Assembly (NCBI GenBank): GCA_050124775.1
Contig: JASFEP010000001.1
Coordinates: 1 to 46,788, forward strand
Source: Candidatus Aminicenantes bacterium
GTDB lineage: Bacteria; Acidobacteriota; Aminicenantia; Aminicenantales; Aminicenantaceae
Length of the DNA stretch: 46,788 nucleotides
Reading direction: 5' to 3'
Below are positions 37,116 to 46,668 of the stretch, in pieces. The notes below the pieces were generated by a model. The model searched no databases, was not told the DNA's origin, and saw only the letters and a program-made list of their open reading frames with translations. A program made the position numbers and the translations under genes. The stretch's first letter is position 1, and each line of letters starts with the position of its first letter.

Positions 37116-37223
37116 TGTATTCACTATATCATAAAGGCAACCCTCAACTCCATAATTCTCGCAGCAATGGGGGGGCAGCTTGTGGGATTGGCCTTGCGTT
37201 TAAAGGGTTATCTGATCAGGAGG

Positions 37224-38780
37224 TCATCTTGTTTGTGGCAGCCGGACATTCCAGCTCTCGAGGCTGGCACCCATCGCCCTATCCAACCTCGCCAGGGCCA
37301 GGATGTAGTCCAGCATGGATTTAATCTCGGTGGAGCGGGCATTGGCCAATTCCTCCTGGTAAGTGAGGACAAAATAATTGGTGGTGAGGCCGACATCCAA
37401 TTTTTTCTCCTCTGCCTCCAATCTTCTCTGGGCTAGTTCTCTTGCCAGACGGTAGGCCTCGACCCGCTTGATATGGGTTTCGACCTCCCGCACAGCATCG
37501 TTGACATCGAGCATCGCAAATTTCTGTTTGTCTTCCATTTCCAGCCGGCTTTTTTCCACTTCCATCCTGCTTTTGACATATTCTGCTCTTGTGGTCACAT
37601 TGGCCAGGGGAAGCGTTAAGGTCAGCGCCACATTCCAGTTGTTGTGCTGAAACTTGAAGGCATCGCCGATGGCGTCTCCGGCACCGCCCTCTTCCTTCCC
37701 TATCACTATACCGGTTAAAGGGTTGTCATCCAAATACAGGATCTTGTCTCCGGAAATTCCGGGGCTCCAGTAGGAAAAGCTGAGATCGAGTCCGGGCAGC
37801 ATCTTGTTCTTCGCCACACTCATCATGAACTCATTGTTTTCTATGGTTTTCCTCTGCGCCCGAAGGTCGGGTCTTTTCGTTTGAGCTATCTGCCAGGCCT
37901 CCTCGAAGGAGATCACTTTTTTCACAAAATCAGGGCGGTCCATGGGGACGATCTTCTTGGGCTTGATCTCCTGGACATCGGACATATTGAGATGGTACTT
38001 GAGCAGGTCTTCCCGCCTCTTTATCAGGACCTCCGCTGCCAGAATATCGGCTTCTCTCTGGGCGACAACCGTCTCTGCATTCAGCACCTCCAGGGGGGCC
38101 AGTTTGCCCACCTCCACTTCCTTCTTGTTTTTCTCCAAAAGATCCCTGGCCAACTGAAGAGACTGTTGTTTGACTTTGAAATCCTCGATGGCATAGAGGA
38201 GGTTCCAGTAGGCTTCCACGATCGTGTAGACCGTATCCTGGACGACAGATTCGAACTGGGTCTGGGAGATCTCGAGGTTATTCTCTGCGATGATGATTTC
38301 TTTTCTCCCCATTTTGAGCCCGCCGTTTCTCAACAGAGGCTGGACGAAGTCGAACTGAAGCGTGGCTCCATAACGGGGGTTTATGAGCTGAAAGAGCTCA
38401 TTGGTTTCTGACCGGTAGTTATTGAACAAGACGGAAAAACTTCCTCCGGTGGGGATCTGCTGGGTGAGCGAAATGGAATAGTCGCCGTATTTGCTCACAA
38501 CAGATTCCTCTCCTTGAAGCCACCAGTAGGAGGGATAATCCGTCCGTCTCCTTCCGTAGGCAAAATCAAAGCTGGGCATAAAATATTCTTTGGCCTGAGT
38601 GATTGTCATATCCGCCATCTCAGGGGTGTAGACCTGTATGGCCAAGTTGAGATTGTCTTCGAGAGCTTTTACGATACAATCCTCTAAACTTAACGGAAGA
38701 ATGTCCTCATCCTGGCCGCGTGCAAAAAACGTAAAACAGAATGCAATAACAACCAGCAGTAGCATTGTTCGAGTTTTCAT
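37224..38780 (-). CDS. TolC-family outer-membrane efflux protein
   Basis: Signal peptide MKTRTMLLLVVIAFCFTFFARG. Two OEP repeats with typical coiled-coil heptads (LSLEDCIVKALEDNLNL..., ARLDRAMG). ATG-38780 is preceded by AGGAGG. The track start is TTG. Confidence 0.85.
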   Translation of the reverse strand: MKTRTMLLLVVIAFCFTFFARGQDEDILPLSLEDCIVKALEDNLNLAIQVYTPEMADMTITQAKEYFMPSFDFAYGRRRTDYPSYWWLQGEESVVSKYGDYSISLTQQIPTGGSFSVLFNNYRSETNELFQLINPRYGATLQFDFVQPLLRNGGLKMGRKEIIIAENNLEISQTQFESVVQDTVYTIVEAYWNLLYAIEDFKVKQQSLQLARDLLEKNKKEVEVGKLAPLEVLNAETVVAQREADILAAEVLIKRREDLLKYHLNMSDVQEIKPKKIVPMDRPDFVKKVISFEEAWQIAQTKRPDLRAQRKTIENNEFMMSVAKNKMLPGLDLSFSYWSPGISGDKILYLDDNPLTGIVIGKEEGGAGDAIGDAFKFQHNNWNVALTLTLPLANVTTRAEYVKSRMEVEKSRLEMEDKQKFAMLDVNDAVREVETHIKRVEAYRLARELAQRRLEAEEKKLDVGLTTNYFVLTYQEELANARSTEIKSMLDYILALARLDRAMGASLESWNVRLPQTR

Positions 38781-39035
38781 ATCAAATCCTCCTGACATAT
38801 CATTCTTACTGATGAAATTATATAACGTGCCGATACAAAAAATCCTTTTATCTATACCATATTCGTGCCTCGCGGTCTGAATAGTTTCGAACGATACACA
38901 AACGAACTCAGCCGCCAAAACAAAGCCGCTGTCTATATGGTTATATACGCATATTGGAAATATTTGGTTCAGAAGAGAAAGAGGGGGAGCATTCGCCTTG
39001 ACAATTCCACACGATTCAACTAATAGTCAAAGCAC

Positions 39036-41402
39036 ATGGTCAAGACATTCGGGCGCTTTTTCCCTCTTTTTTTAATCTGGGCATGTCTTCTCGGTCTTTT
39101 TTTTCTCTACGCCGGCCAGGGAAAAAGTTTTTCGATGGAAGACCATTCCTTCCATCTCTCCGTGCTCCCTTTAATCTTACTGACTTCACTCTTTCTCCTT
39201 GTAATCGGAGGAACATGGGTTCTCACCGCCAAAATTTTGAGTTCTACCTTTGCGATCCCCTATCGATACTCACTCTCTCTCGACCTCCTGAACTATCTGC
39301 CGCTTTTCTATCTGCTGCTTTTCCCTCTCGTCAGCGTCCACTACCTGAGTTCCACGGACCTCATCATACGCCTAAGACTCCTCGGATCTGCGATTCTTTT
39401 TTCTGTGGTCTTTCTCAAGGGAGCGACTGCGTGTATCCTAGCCCACGGCAAATCACAAAAATTCGATTGGAACATCCAAAAGATCGCATCTCTGTCTCTC
39501 AGAAAAAAACTTGTCCTTCTTTTTGTTGCGGCTCTTATTCTTTATGGCGCGGGTTCAGCCGTACTTGTCAGGAAGGGGATAAACCTTTCCGGGGATGAAC
39601 CCCACTACCTTCTCATCTCCCACAGTGTGATCAAAGACGGGGATTTCGACCTTTCCGATAACTACGCCAACATGGATTACTCAACGATCATGCCTCCAGG
39701 CGTCCGGATATCGCCCCACATCGCTCCCGGAACCGGAGGCAAATATTCCTTCCATTCGCCAGGGTTATCTCTCCTTCTTCTTCCCTTCTATGCTCTCGGA
39801 TCACTGTTCGAAAGAACAACGATGCTTTTTATCATCCGGTGCGGCATGGGAGTGTTCGGAGCCCTCCTCGGACTCCAGATCTTTCTGTTCGCCCTTGAAG
39901 AATGGAAAAAGGAAGGTCTGGCTTTCGGCCTCTGGGCTCTCTTTTCCTTCACTTCGCCGGTGTTTTTCTACTCCATCCACGTGTATCCCGAGATCGTAGT
40001 CGCTCTGTTTTCTCTCACAGCCTTCCGTCTTCTGCGCTTCAAGCGGTCATTCGCCGAATTCCATCTCCTGGGTCTTGGATTACTCCTCTCTGCGATCGTC
40101 TGGCTCCACGCCGTGAAGTATGTGTTCATCATGGTTCCTCTTTTCCTTTACGCCCTCTGGGTTCTCATCATCAAACAAAAGATTCGATGGGGGATCCTTC
40201 ACTTTTTGTTTTTCCCCATCTGTTCGTTCGGCCTTCACATCGGCTTCTCCTCTGCGTTTTACAATTCGGTCTCACCCTTCGCTGTATCCATACGGGGACC
40301 GTCGCCAGCGGCAGAATCTATCAGCTACGTCCGCTCGCTTTTTGTGGATATTCCCCTCCGATACAGGTGGGAGACGCTGTGCGGCTATTTCCTGGACCAA
40401 AGGGATGGGTTGCTCCTTTACGCCCCTCTCTACTTTTTCGCCTTCCTGGGAATGATAGAAATGGGCAAACGAAGGTCTCGCGATCTCACCCTGATTCTCT
40501 TTCTTACCGGATTCTACATCCTCAACCTGGCTTTTTTGACACAGAGGCCGGCTTATGCTCCCCAGGCAAGGACCTTGGTCGCCGTTTTTTGGGGTATGGC
40601 CGTATTTTTGGGTTACTTCCTGGCCTTCAACGCAAAAAAAATATTCACTTATTTATTCTCTTTGTTCGCTTCTTTCAGCGTTCTCGCGACGCTCTTGCTC
40701 CTTCGAACCCCTCGCGCACTCTACCAGCCCACAACAGCGGGAGAGACGGAAAGGGCGGGCCTGCTATTTCTTCAACTCAGCAATCTCCATTTTTTTCTGC
40801 CCAAATTCCTGCCGTCATTCTTAAAGGTCGAGGATTCTTTCTGGCTGCCCAACTTGCTTTGGATCGTTCTCTCTGTCCTTTTTGTCCTGGCATATGTCTT
40901 CACTAAAAAACACGCCTTCCCAGCCAAGTATTCCCACTTTGTGTCAGGAGTCATGATAGGACTCGGCGTGTTTTATCTCTGGTTCGTTTTTTATCCGAGG
41001 ACAGTCGTGGTCCACCCTCAAAACATCACGTATCCTGGGGGAGAAAAGGTCACCTTTTATGCCTACAGCCGTTCGGCACGGATGACGGCCCCAGGGGTTT
41101 TCGACCTCATCGAAGACAACCGCCTCTACAGTTTCTACCTTTCCTCATGGCGCAAACTCCCCGAATTTCGCCTCGGCCTCGGTGCGGAGAGGGGCGTCTA
41201 CAAAGCCGAGGTCAAGTACTTCGACACAACCATCTTTCAAGAGCAAATAAGTGCGGAAGTCAAAACTTTGCATTTTCCTCCAACCCCTCCCTATAAACTC
41301 AGAAACCAGAACCTTTACCACATCAGTATCTATCTCGAAAACTTGTCAGATGCCGATACTCAGAAATCTCCCTTCCTTTTTTCCATCCTTCCCACTAGAT
41401 GA
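39036..41402 (+). CDS. Large polytopic membrane protein, GT-C-fold glycosyltransferase-like (first of two tandem paralogues)
   Basis: About 14 or more hydrophobic helices. The first large loop carries SGDEPHYLLISHSVIKDGDFDLSDNY (an acidic DE motif placed as in GT-C enzymes). FLDQRDGLLLYAPLYFFAFLG is conserved. A soluble C-terminal ~200 aa follows. Confidence 0.5.
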   Translation: MVKTFGRFFPLFLIWACLLGLFFLYAGQGKSFSMEDHSFHLSVLPLILLTSLFLLVIGGTWVLTAKILSSTFAIPYRYSLSLDLLNYLPLFYLLLFPLVSVHYLSSTDLIIRLRLLGSAILFSVVFLKGATACILAHGKSQKFDWNIQKIASLSLRKKLVLLFVAALILYGAGSAVLVRKGINLSGDEPHYLLISHSVIKDGDFDLSDNYANMDYSTIMPPGVRISPHIAPGTGGKYSFHSPGLSLLLLPFYALGSLFERTTMLFIIRCGMGVFGALLGLQIFLFALEEWKKEGLAFGLWALFSFTSPVFFYSIHVYPEIVVALFSLTAFRLLRFKRSFAEFHLLGLGLLLSAIVWLHAVKYVFIMVPLFLYALWVLIIKQKIRWGILHFLFFPICSFGLHIGFSSAFYNSVSPFAVSIRGPSPAAESISYVRSLFVDIPLRYRWETLCGYFLDQRDGLLLYAPLYFFAFLGMIEMGKRRSRDLTLILFLTGFYILNLAFLTQRPAYAPQARTLVAVFWGMAVFLGYFLAFNAKKIFTYLFSLFASFSVLATLLLLRTPRALYQPTTAGETERAGLLFLQLSNLHFFLPKFLPSFLKVEDSFWLPNLLWIVLSVLFVLAYVFTKKHAFPAKYSHFVSGVMIGLGVFYLWFVFYPRTVVVHPQNITYPGGEKVTFYAYSRSARMTAPGVFDLIEDNRLYSFYLSSWRKLPEFRLGLGAERGVYKAEVKYFDTTIFQEQISAEVKTLHFPPTPPYKLRNQNLYHISIYLENLSDADTQKSPFLFSILPTR

Positions 41403-41451
41403 GGAATGAGCGCCTTGACATAAGGCGCGAATTTTAATATCTCTGGGAGAG

Positions 41452-43824
41452 ATGCAGAAATCCAGATTCCTCCTTCTTTTTGTGCTACTTATCTTATTTT
41501 CTCTGGGCCTGTCCTATTTTGTGGGGCTCTATTCCCAAGCTTCATCCTTCACGATTCTCGATCATGGTTTTCGACTCTCCCCCGCCCTTTTTCTGGTTTT
41601 TTTGCTCGTCTTTTGCCTTCTGCTTTTCGCATGGCTCCTGCTCACCCGCACGGAACGCAGGATCCGCAGCGAACGCAGCATCCCCCTCTGGAGCAATTTC
41701 CTCTCCTTTGTTCCTCTCGGCTTTTTCCTGCTCACTCCCTTGATCCTGAGCCACTATCTGGACAGGGGTGACTTGAGGACAAGGCTGAATGTATTCCTCA
41801 TTTCTGTTGCTCTCTGCGTCCTTTACCTCCTCCTTTTGCACTGGGATAGAGTCCTTGGTCTCACCTCGGCCATAGACAAATCCATTCAGTCATTCCATCG
41901 GCTTTCGTCCAGAAAAAAATTGGTACTCCTCTTTGTCATCGCTTTTCTTGTATACATCCTATTCACGTTTGTCCTGGTCTCACAAGGGATCACGTTTTCG
42001 GGTGATGAACCTTACTACCTCCTCACAGCCCACAGCCTCCTCGAAGATAAAGACATCAACGTAGCCAACAACTACGCACAGGAGGATTACTTTTCTTTTT
42101 ATTCCAAAGACAAAAACCCCAGGTTTAGACTGGGCATGTATGCGCGCGAAGGGAAAAAAGGCCCGGATTATATCTACCCGATAAACTTGCCCGGAGTGTC
42201 GGTGCTGGTGCTGCCTTTCTACGGGGCGAGCCGGAATTTCAGCGGCGATCTCTTGACCTTCATCCTCAAAGGGAGCCTTGCGATCTGGGCCGTTTTTCTG
42301 GGCCTTCAACTCTATCTGCTTGCCAGGGAACAGTGGGGAGATGAGAAAATTTCGCTTCAGCTCTGGCTGTTCTACTCGTTCTCTGCACCCGTTCTATTCT
42401 TCGCCACTCATCTCTATTCCGAAGTCCCCATCGCCCTTTTCTCGATATATATTTTCAGGAAGCTCCGCTCCCAAAAAACCCTCTCGATCTTCCACTATCT
42501 CTTTATGGGCCTTCTCCTCTCTTCCTTTTTCTGGTTCGGCCTCAAGTACAACTTGCTTTTCGGGACTCTGTTTCTTGTCTCGCTGTATTACCTCTTCAAA
42601 GAACGCAAGGCCGGGATCAGAATCCTTTCTTTTATCCTGTTTCCCCTTCTTTCCCTGATCCTTTTTTACACGTTCATCCACTCCATCTATGGCACCTTCT
42701 CTCCCTTCTCCGTTTACGAGGGTGTTCTCACTCCGGAAAGGCTGCAGGCGTTTAAGGATGCGGCCTTAAGTGCGCCTCTATCCATGAGATTCGATACCTT
42801 GTTCAACTATTTTCTCGACCAGAGGGACGGCCTTTTGCTCTACTCTCCCTTCTATGTATTCGCCTTTTTGGGTTTCGTAGAGATCTTCCGGAGGTCGAAA
42901 AGAGATTTTTTTATACTTCTCTTCATCCCCGCCCCGTATCTTCTGAACTATGCCTTTTTTACCCACCGCCAGGGTTACAGCCCTCAGGGGAGAATCCTCA
43001 CGCCTGTCTCCTGGATTTTGGCGTTGGCCGTGGGTTATTTTCTCATTCACAATCGGAAGAAGCTCTATACGTTTCTGTTCTGGTTTCTGAGTATGATGGG
43101 AGTCGCCATCGCCATCTATCTGCTCTTTCATCCCCATTCCCTCTACCAGCCGACAACGAACGAATTCACATCACGGGCCGGAGAGATGTTCGTTCATCTC
43201 AGCAACATGTACATCTTCCTTCCTCATTATCTGCCTTCTTTCATCAAGGTCGACAACATGGGCTACGTCCCCAACTATCTCTGGATCCTGGCAATCGCTT
43301 TATTCGTCTGTGTCTATGCCTTTATCAAGAGGGACATTCGGGTCAAAAAAACCTTTTATTATGCCTTTGCTCTGTCTCTCCTCCTTATCGCTTTTTTGCT
43401 CTGGGTGCTTTTTCCCACGCCGAGCCTCCATGACACACGGACATTCAACTACTCATCCCAGATGGCCTTGGGATATTACCTTTTCCCCATGGGAGACGGT
43501 GTCGTCGTTAAAAAAACAGCGGAGTTCTACCTCCATAAGGAAAAAACCTACAGGATATTGTTCAGTTCGCGAAGGCCACGCGAAAATTTCGAGCTGAATT
43601 TTGGATCGGAGAAGGGAGAATACGAGGTTCGCCTCAGCTTTTTCGACTTGCCGATCTTCGAGGGTAAGACATCTTATGCGAAAAGGGCCGTCGCGCTCGA
43701 ACCCTCCGCCTATTATCTGTACAAGGGTTTATACCTGTACGAGATCTTTTTGGATCTGAAAAAGCGCTCCACTGAATCCATGCTCGTCGATCCCTACTTT
43801 TTCCAGATCGTCCCGATCAAGTAA
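41452..43824 (+). CDS. Large polytopic membrane protein, GT-C-fold glycosyltransferase-like (second tandem paralogue)
   Basis: Same layout as the preceding gene: SGDEPYYLLTAHSLLEDKDINVANNY and FLDQRDGLLLYSPFYVFAFLG. GGGAGAG ribosome-binding site. Confidence 0.5.
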   Translation: MQKSRFLLLFVLLILFSLGLSYFVGLYSQASSFTILDHGFRLSPALFLVFLLVFCLLLFAWLLLTRTERRIRSERSIPLWSNFLSFVPLGFFLLTPLILSHYLDRGDLRTRLNVFLISVALCVLYLLLLHWDRVLGLTSAIDKSIQSFHRLSSRKKLVLLFVIAFLVYILFTFVLVSQGITFSGDEPYYLLTAHSLLEDKDINVANNYAQEDYFSFYSKDKNPRFRLGMYAREGKKGPDYIYPINLPGVSVLVLPFYGASRNFSGDLLTFILKGSLAIWAVFLGLQLYLLAREQWGDEKISLQLWLFYSFSAPVLFFATHLYSEVPIALFSIYIFRKLRSQKTLSIFHYLFMGLLLSSFFWFGLKYNLLFGTLFLVSLYYLFKERKAGIRILSFILFPLLSLILFYTFIHSIYGTFSPFSVYEGVLTPERLQAFKDAALSAPLSMRFDTLFNYFLDQRDGLLLYSPFYVFAFLGFVEIFRRSKRDFFILLFIPAPYLLNYAFFTHRQGYSPQGRILTPVSWILALAVGYFLIHNRKKLYTFLFWFLSMMGVAIAIYLLFHPHSLYQPTTNEFTSRAGEMFVHLSNMYIFLPHYLPSFIKVDNMGYVPNYLWILAIALFVCVYAFIKRDIRVKKTFYYAFALSLLLIAFLLWVLFPTPSLHDTRTFNYSSQMALGYYLFPMGDGVVVKKTAEFYLHKEKTYRILFSSRRPRENFELNFGSEKGEYEVRLSFFDLPIFEGKTSYAKRAVALEPSAYYLYKGLYLYEIFLDLKKRSTESMLVDPYFFQIVPIK

Positions 43825-43856
43825 CGCATGATGTCAGATCCTTAACGGCCACGATC

Positions 43857-45446
43857 TCAACGTCTTTCAACTTTTTTCAAAAACTCATACGCCAGGTTGT
43901 AATCCCTCTTTCGCAGGAGATAGCCGTGGACGTCTGCGTAGATCGTTTCGTGAGCAGAGTTCGTGCGCTCGGCGGCCTGGCATTGGCGGAACGCTTCGGA
44001 GACCATCCGTTTTTCCAGGTAGACCTCGGCCAAACACAGATGAGCCTGATAAAGATCCGGCTTTATTCGGAGCGCTTTTTTATACTCTGAGATGGCCCTG
44101 TCCATCGATCCCATACGCTTGTATGTGCGGCCAAGATTGAGCTGTGCGATAAGGTGGCCGGGATCGATCTCAAGGGCTTTGGTAAATTCGCCTATGGCAG
44201 AATCGTAGTTCGCCCTTTTTAAATACACGACTCCCAGACTGTTGTGTGCTTCCGCCGCACCAAGACCAAGGGTTAGGCATTCGCACAAAACAGCCTCTGC
44301 TTCGTCGAGCTTATTTTTCAGCGCGTAAGCGCCGCCTAAATTGATCTTTGCTTCGGCCAATCTCGGGTCGATTTTTAAGGCGATCTCACATTCTCGTTGT
44401 GCGGAATCCGCATTTCCTCTCCGTAAATACGCTAATCCTAAATTGGAGTGGGCTTCAGCAGAATTGGGATCTTCTGTGATCGCCTTTTGGAATTCGGCTA
44501 TGGCCTCATCGATAGCTCCCATCTCCAGATAAAAGATGCCCAGGTTGAAACAGACCTCTGCAGACTGCCCATCGGAGTCGAGGATTTTTTTATACTCTCT
44601 GGTTGCCATCTCGTTTTTACCCATCATCTGATAGGCTGTCCCGAGAAGAGAATACGCCTCGTGAAGACCAGGATAAATCCGGAGTGCATCCTGACACTCT
44701 CTGACTGCCTCAACATAGTTCTCTTTTTCTATATAGAGCATTGCCAGGATTAGATGGGTCTCATGTTCTCCTCTGGCCAAATCCTTCCGTGATTCATAGT
44801 GAGATATGGCTTCGTCGATCCTTTCCTTTGTCAAAGGAAATTCATTTGGCGCGAACCTCCGGAATTTGTTGATTCGTATGATCCGGGAGGTGAATTTATC
44901 GAATTCATTTCCCGCACTTGCATGATTCATGATCGAATTGTCCTGATGAAGATCGATCCCCCCGAAGAGATGGCAAAATTCATGGATCAGAGTTTTTTTC
45001 ATTAAGTCTTCTGAGCGGACCCATCTCAAAACAAGATATTGACCATAACAAATGGTTGCCCCAGTAAAGGCCATACCTTCTTGGTGTTGTCCGGTGAAGC
45101 CGATAACGACCTCACAGTTATTCGGGGGGATCTCCCGCTTCAAAGATTTCAACAGATCGAATAAAGACTCCAGTGTGTTGTCTGAATACCAGGGCCTTAT
45201 CCGTACGAGTTCCAATTTAATGCCGAATTCTCTTTCGAACCGGTTAGATGAATCCGCGACAACCCGCTTGACCACGGACCTCCATCCCTTTCGAGCCCGG
45301 CATTCTTCATCCACAGCGATCCGGCATCGGATCGTCCTCACAGGCTCCTGTTGAGGAGTTCCACTTTGACAAAAAAAACAGATAGGGGAATACAGCAGAA
45401 CTCCTAAGAATAATTGAAAAATTCTGTATTTTAGGTTCCCATACAC
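43857..45446 (-). CDS. Secreted zinc-metalloprotease-like domain (HExxHxxGxxD) fused to about 9 TPR repeats
   Basis: LIHEFCHLFGGIDLH motif. The C-terminal half has repeated A..NLG.AY...G....A...Y..AL..DP TPR units. No ATG lies near the 5' end. GTG-45446 has AAGGGG 7 nt upstream and gives a signal-like MYGNLKYRIFQLFLGVLLYSPICFFC. The track start is GTG-45470. Confidence 0.7.
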   Translation of the reverse strand: MYGNLKYRIFQLFLGVLLYSPICFFCQSGTPQQEPVRTIRCRIAVDEECRARKGWRSVVKRVVADSSNRFEREFGIKLELVRIRPWYSDNTLESLFDLLKSLKREIPPNNCEVVIGFTGQHQEGMAFTGATICYGQYLVLRWVRSEDLMKKTLIHEFCHLFGGIDLHQDNSIMNHASAGNEFDKFTSRIIRINKFRRFAPNEFPLTKERIDEAISHYESRKDLARGEHETHLILAMLYIEKENYVEAVRECQDALRIYPGLHEAYSLLGTAYQMMGKNEMATREYKKILDSDGQSAEVCFNLGIFYLEMGAIDEAIAEFQKAITEDPNSAEAHSNLGLAYLRRGNADSAQRECEIALKIDPRLAEAKINLGGAYALKNKLDEAEAVLCECLTLGLGAAEAHNSLGVVYLKRANYDSAIGEFTKALEIDPGHLIAQLNLGRTYKRMGSMDRAISEYKKALRIKPDLYQAHLCLAEVYLEKRMVSEAFRQCQAAERTNSAHETIYADVHGYLLRKRDYNLAYEFLKKVERR

Positions 45447-45607
45447 ATCCGAACCCCTTCGGCTAAGCACTGAAGATTATAATAAACTCGGGCAAAAAAG
45501 AAAATTTTTTTTTGAAATAAATGTTAATTCACAGGTGACGAAAGGGTGCTAGAGCATATGAGTGCAAAATATGCGATAGACCCATCAGGATGCAGGAAGT
45601 AGGTTAA

Positions 45608-46615
45608 CTAGCCGATCTTGCGGGGGTAGGCGTTCAGGCCGAGGTCTAAAGACGTTTTCTTTTGATAAACGACTTTCTCCATAGCCAGGGCTGCAACCAT
45701 GACCGCATTATCCGTGCAAAATTCAGGCGAGGGAATATAGGCAGGAAGGCGGACATTGCGGCCGAGTTTCTGAAACGCGTTTCTCAAGGCATTGTTCCTT
45801 GCCACCCCTCCGCAGAGGATCAGCGAACGGGGTTTGTGAACCTTTATGGATCGGGACATGTTGGACAGCAACGCCCGGATGATAGCCTGTTGAAAGCTCG
45901 CCAAAAGATCGGCGAACTTCGGATGGCCTTTGGAAATCTTGGTCTCTTTGATGAGTCTGAGCGCCGCTGTTTTCAGACCGCTGAAACTGAAATCCATACT
46001 CCCATCGGTCATGTGAGGAATGGCAAAGGCAAATTCTTCGGGATCGCCCTTTGCCCCCAGTTTCTCGATGACCGGGCCTCCCGGATAATCCAGGTCGAGA
46101 AATTTGGCGATCTTATCCAGCGCCTCTCCGGCCGCATCATCCCGTGTTCTTCCGATCTCGTGGAAAGTCAGTTTTTCCTTAAGCAGGAAGATCGACGTGT
46201 GTCCGCCAGACACGAGAAGGGCTAGTGCAGGAAACGCGATCTCTTTATTTTCGATGAATGCCGATTCCACATGGGCTTCAAGGTGGTCTATGGGGATCAA
46301 CGGTTTATCAAAGCTGTAGGCCAGGCCTTTAGCGAAAGAGAGTCCGACAAGCAGCGACCCGATGAGCCCCGGCCCCTGGGTGACGGCGTAGGCGTCGATA
46401 TCCTCGAGAGAGAGACGGGCCCTGGAAAGGCTTTCCTCGACGACATAAGTGATCGACTCTATGTGCTGCCGTGATGCCAGTTCGGGGACAATGCCCCCGT
46501 AGGGCGCATGGATCTCGTCTTGCGACAAAACAATACTGCTCAGGATCTCCATGCTGTCAGCCAACACAGCTGCAGAGGTCTCATCGCAGGAGGTCTCGAT
46601 GCCCAAGATCTTCAT
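45608..46615 (-). CDS. tsaD: tRNA N6-adenosine threonylcarbamoyltransferase
   Basis: MKILGIETSCDETSAAV, HLEAH, SGGHT and GGVARN are characteristic Kae1/TsaD blocks. Confidence 0.95.
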   Translation of the reverse strand: MKILGIETSCDETSAAVLADSMEILSSIVLSQDEIHAPYGGIVPELASRQHIESITYVVEESLSRARLSLEDIDAYAVTQGPGLIGSLLVGLSFAKGLAYSFDKPLIPIDHLEAHVESAFIENKEIAFPALALLVSGGHTSIFLLKEKLTFHEIGRTRDDAAGEALDKIAKFLDLDYPGGPVIEKLGAKGDPEEFAFAIPHMTDGSMDFSFSGLKTAALRLIKETKISKGHPKFADLLASFQQAIIRALLSNMSRSIKVHKPRSLILCGGVARNNALRNAFQKLGRNVRLPAYIPSPEFCTDNAVMVAALAMEKVVYQKKTSLDLGLNAYPRKIG

Positions 46616-46668
46616 GCTTCATCCTTTGTGTTATTCCTCTTCGGTTAACTCGTGGGTCTGACCCGGCA

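Noticed and set aside
39083-40906. Same-strand off-frame ORFs (39083-39598, 39902-40906, 40120-40455, 40555-40824) lie inside the first GT-C-like gene and might indicate a frameshift or pseudogene.
   Set aside because: The annotated frame is continuous for 788 aa and aligns end to end with its paralogue. The alternative frames are S/R/P-rich translations of a Leu/Phe-rich membrane gene.
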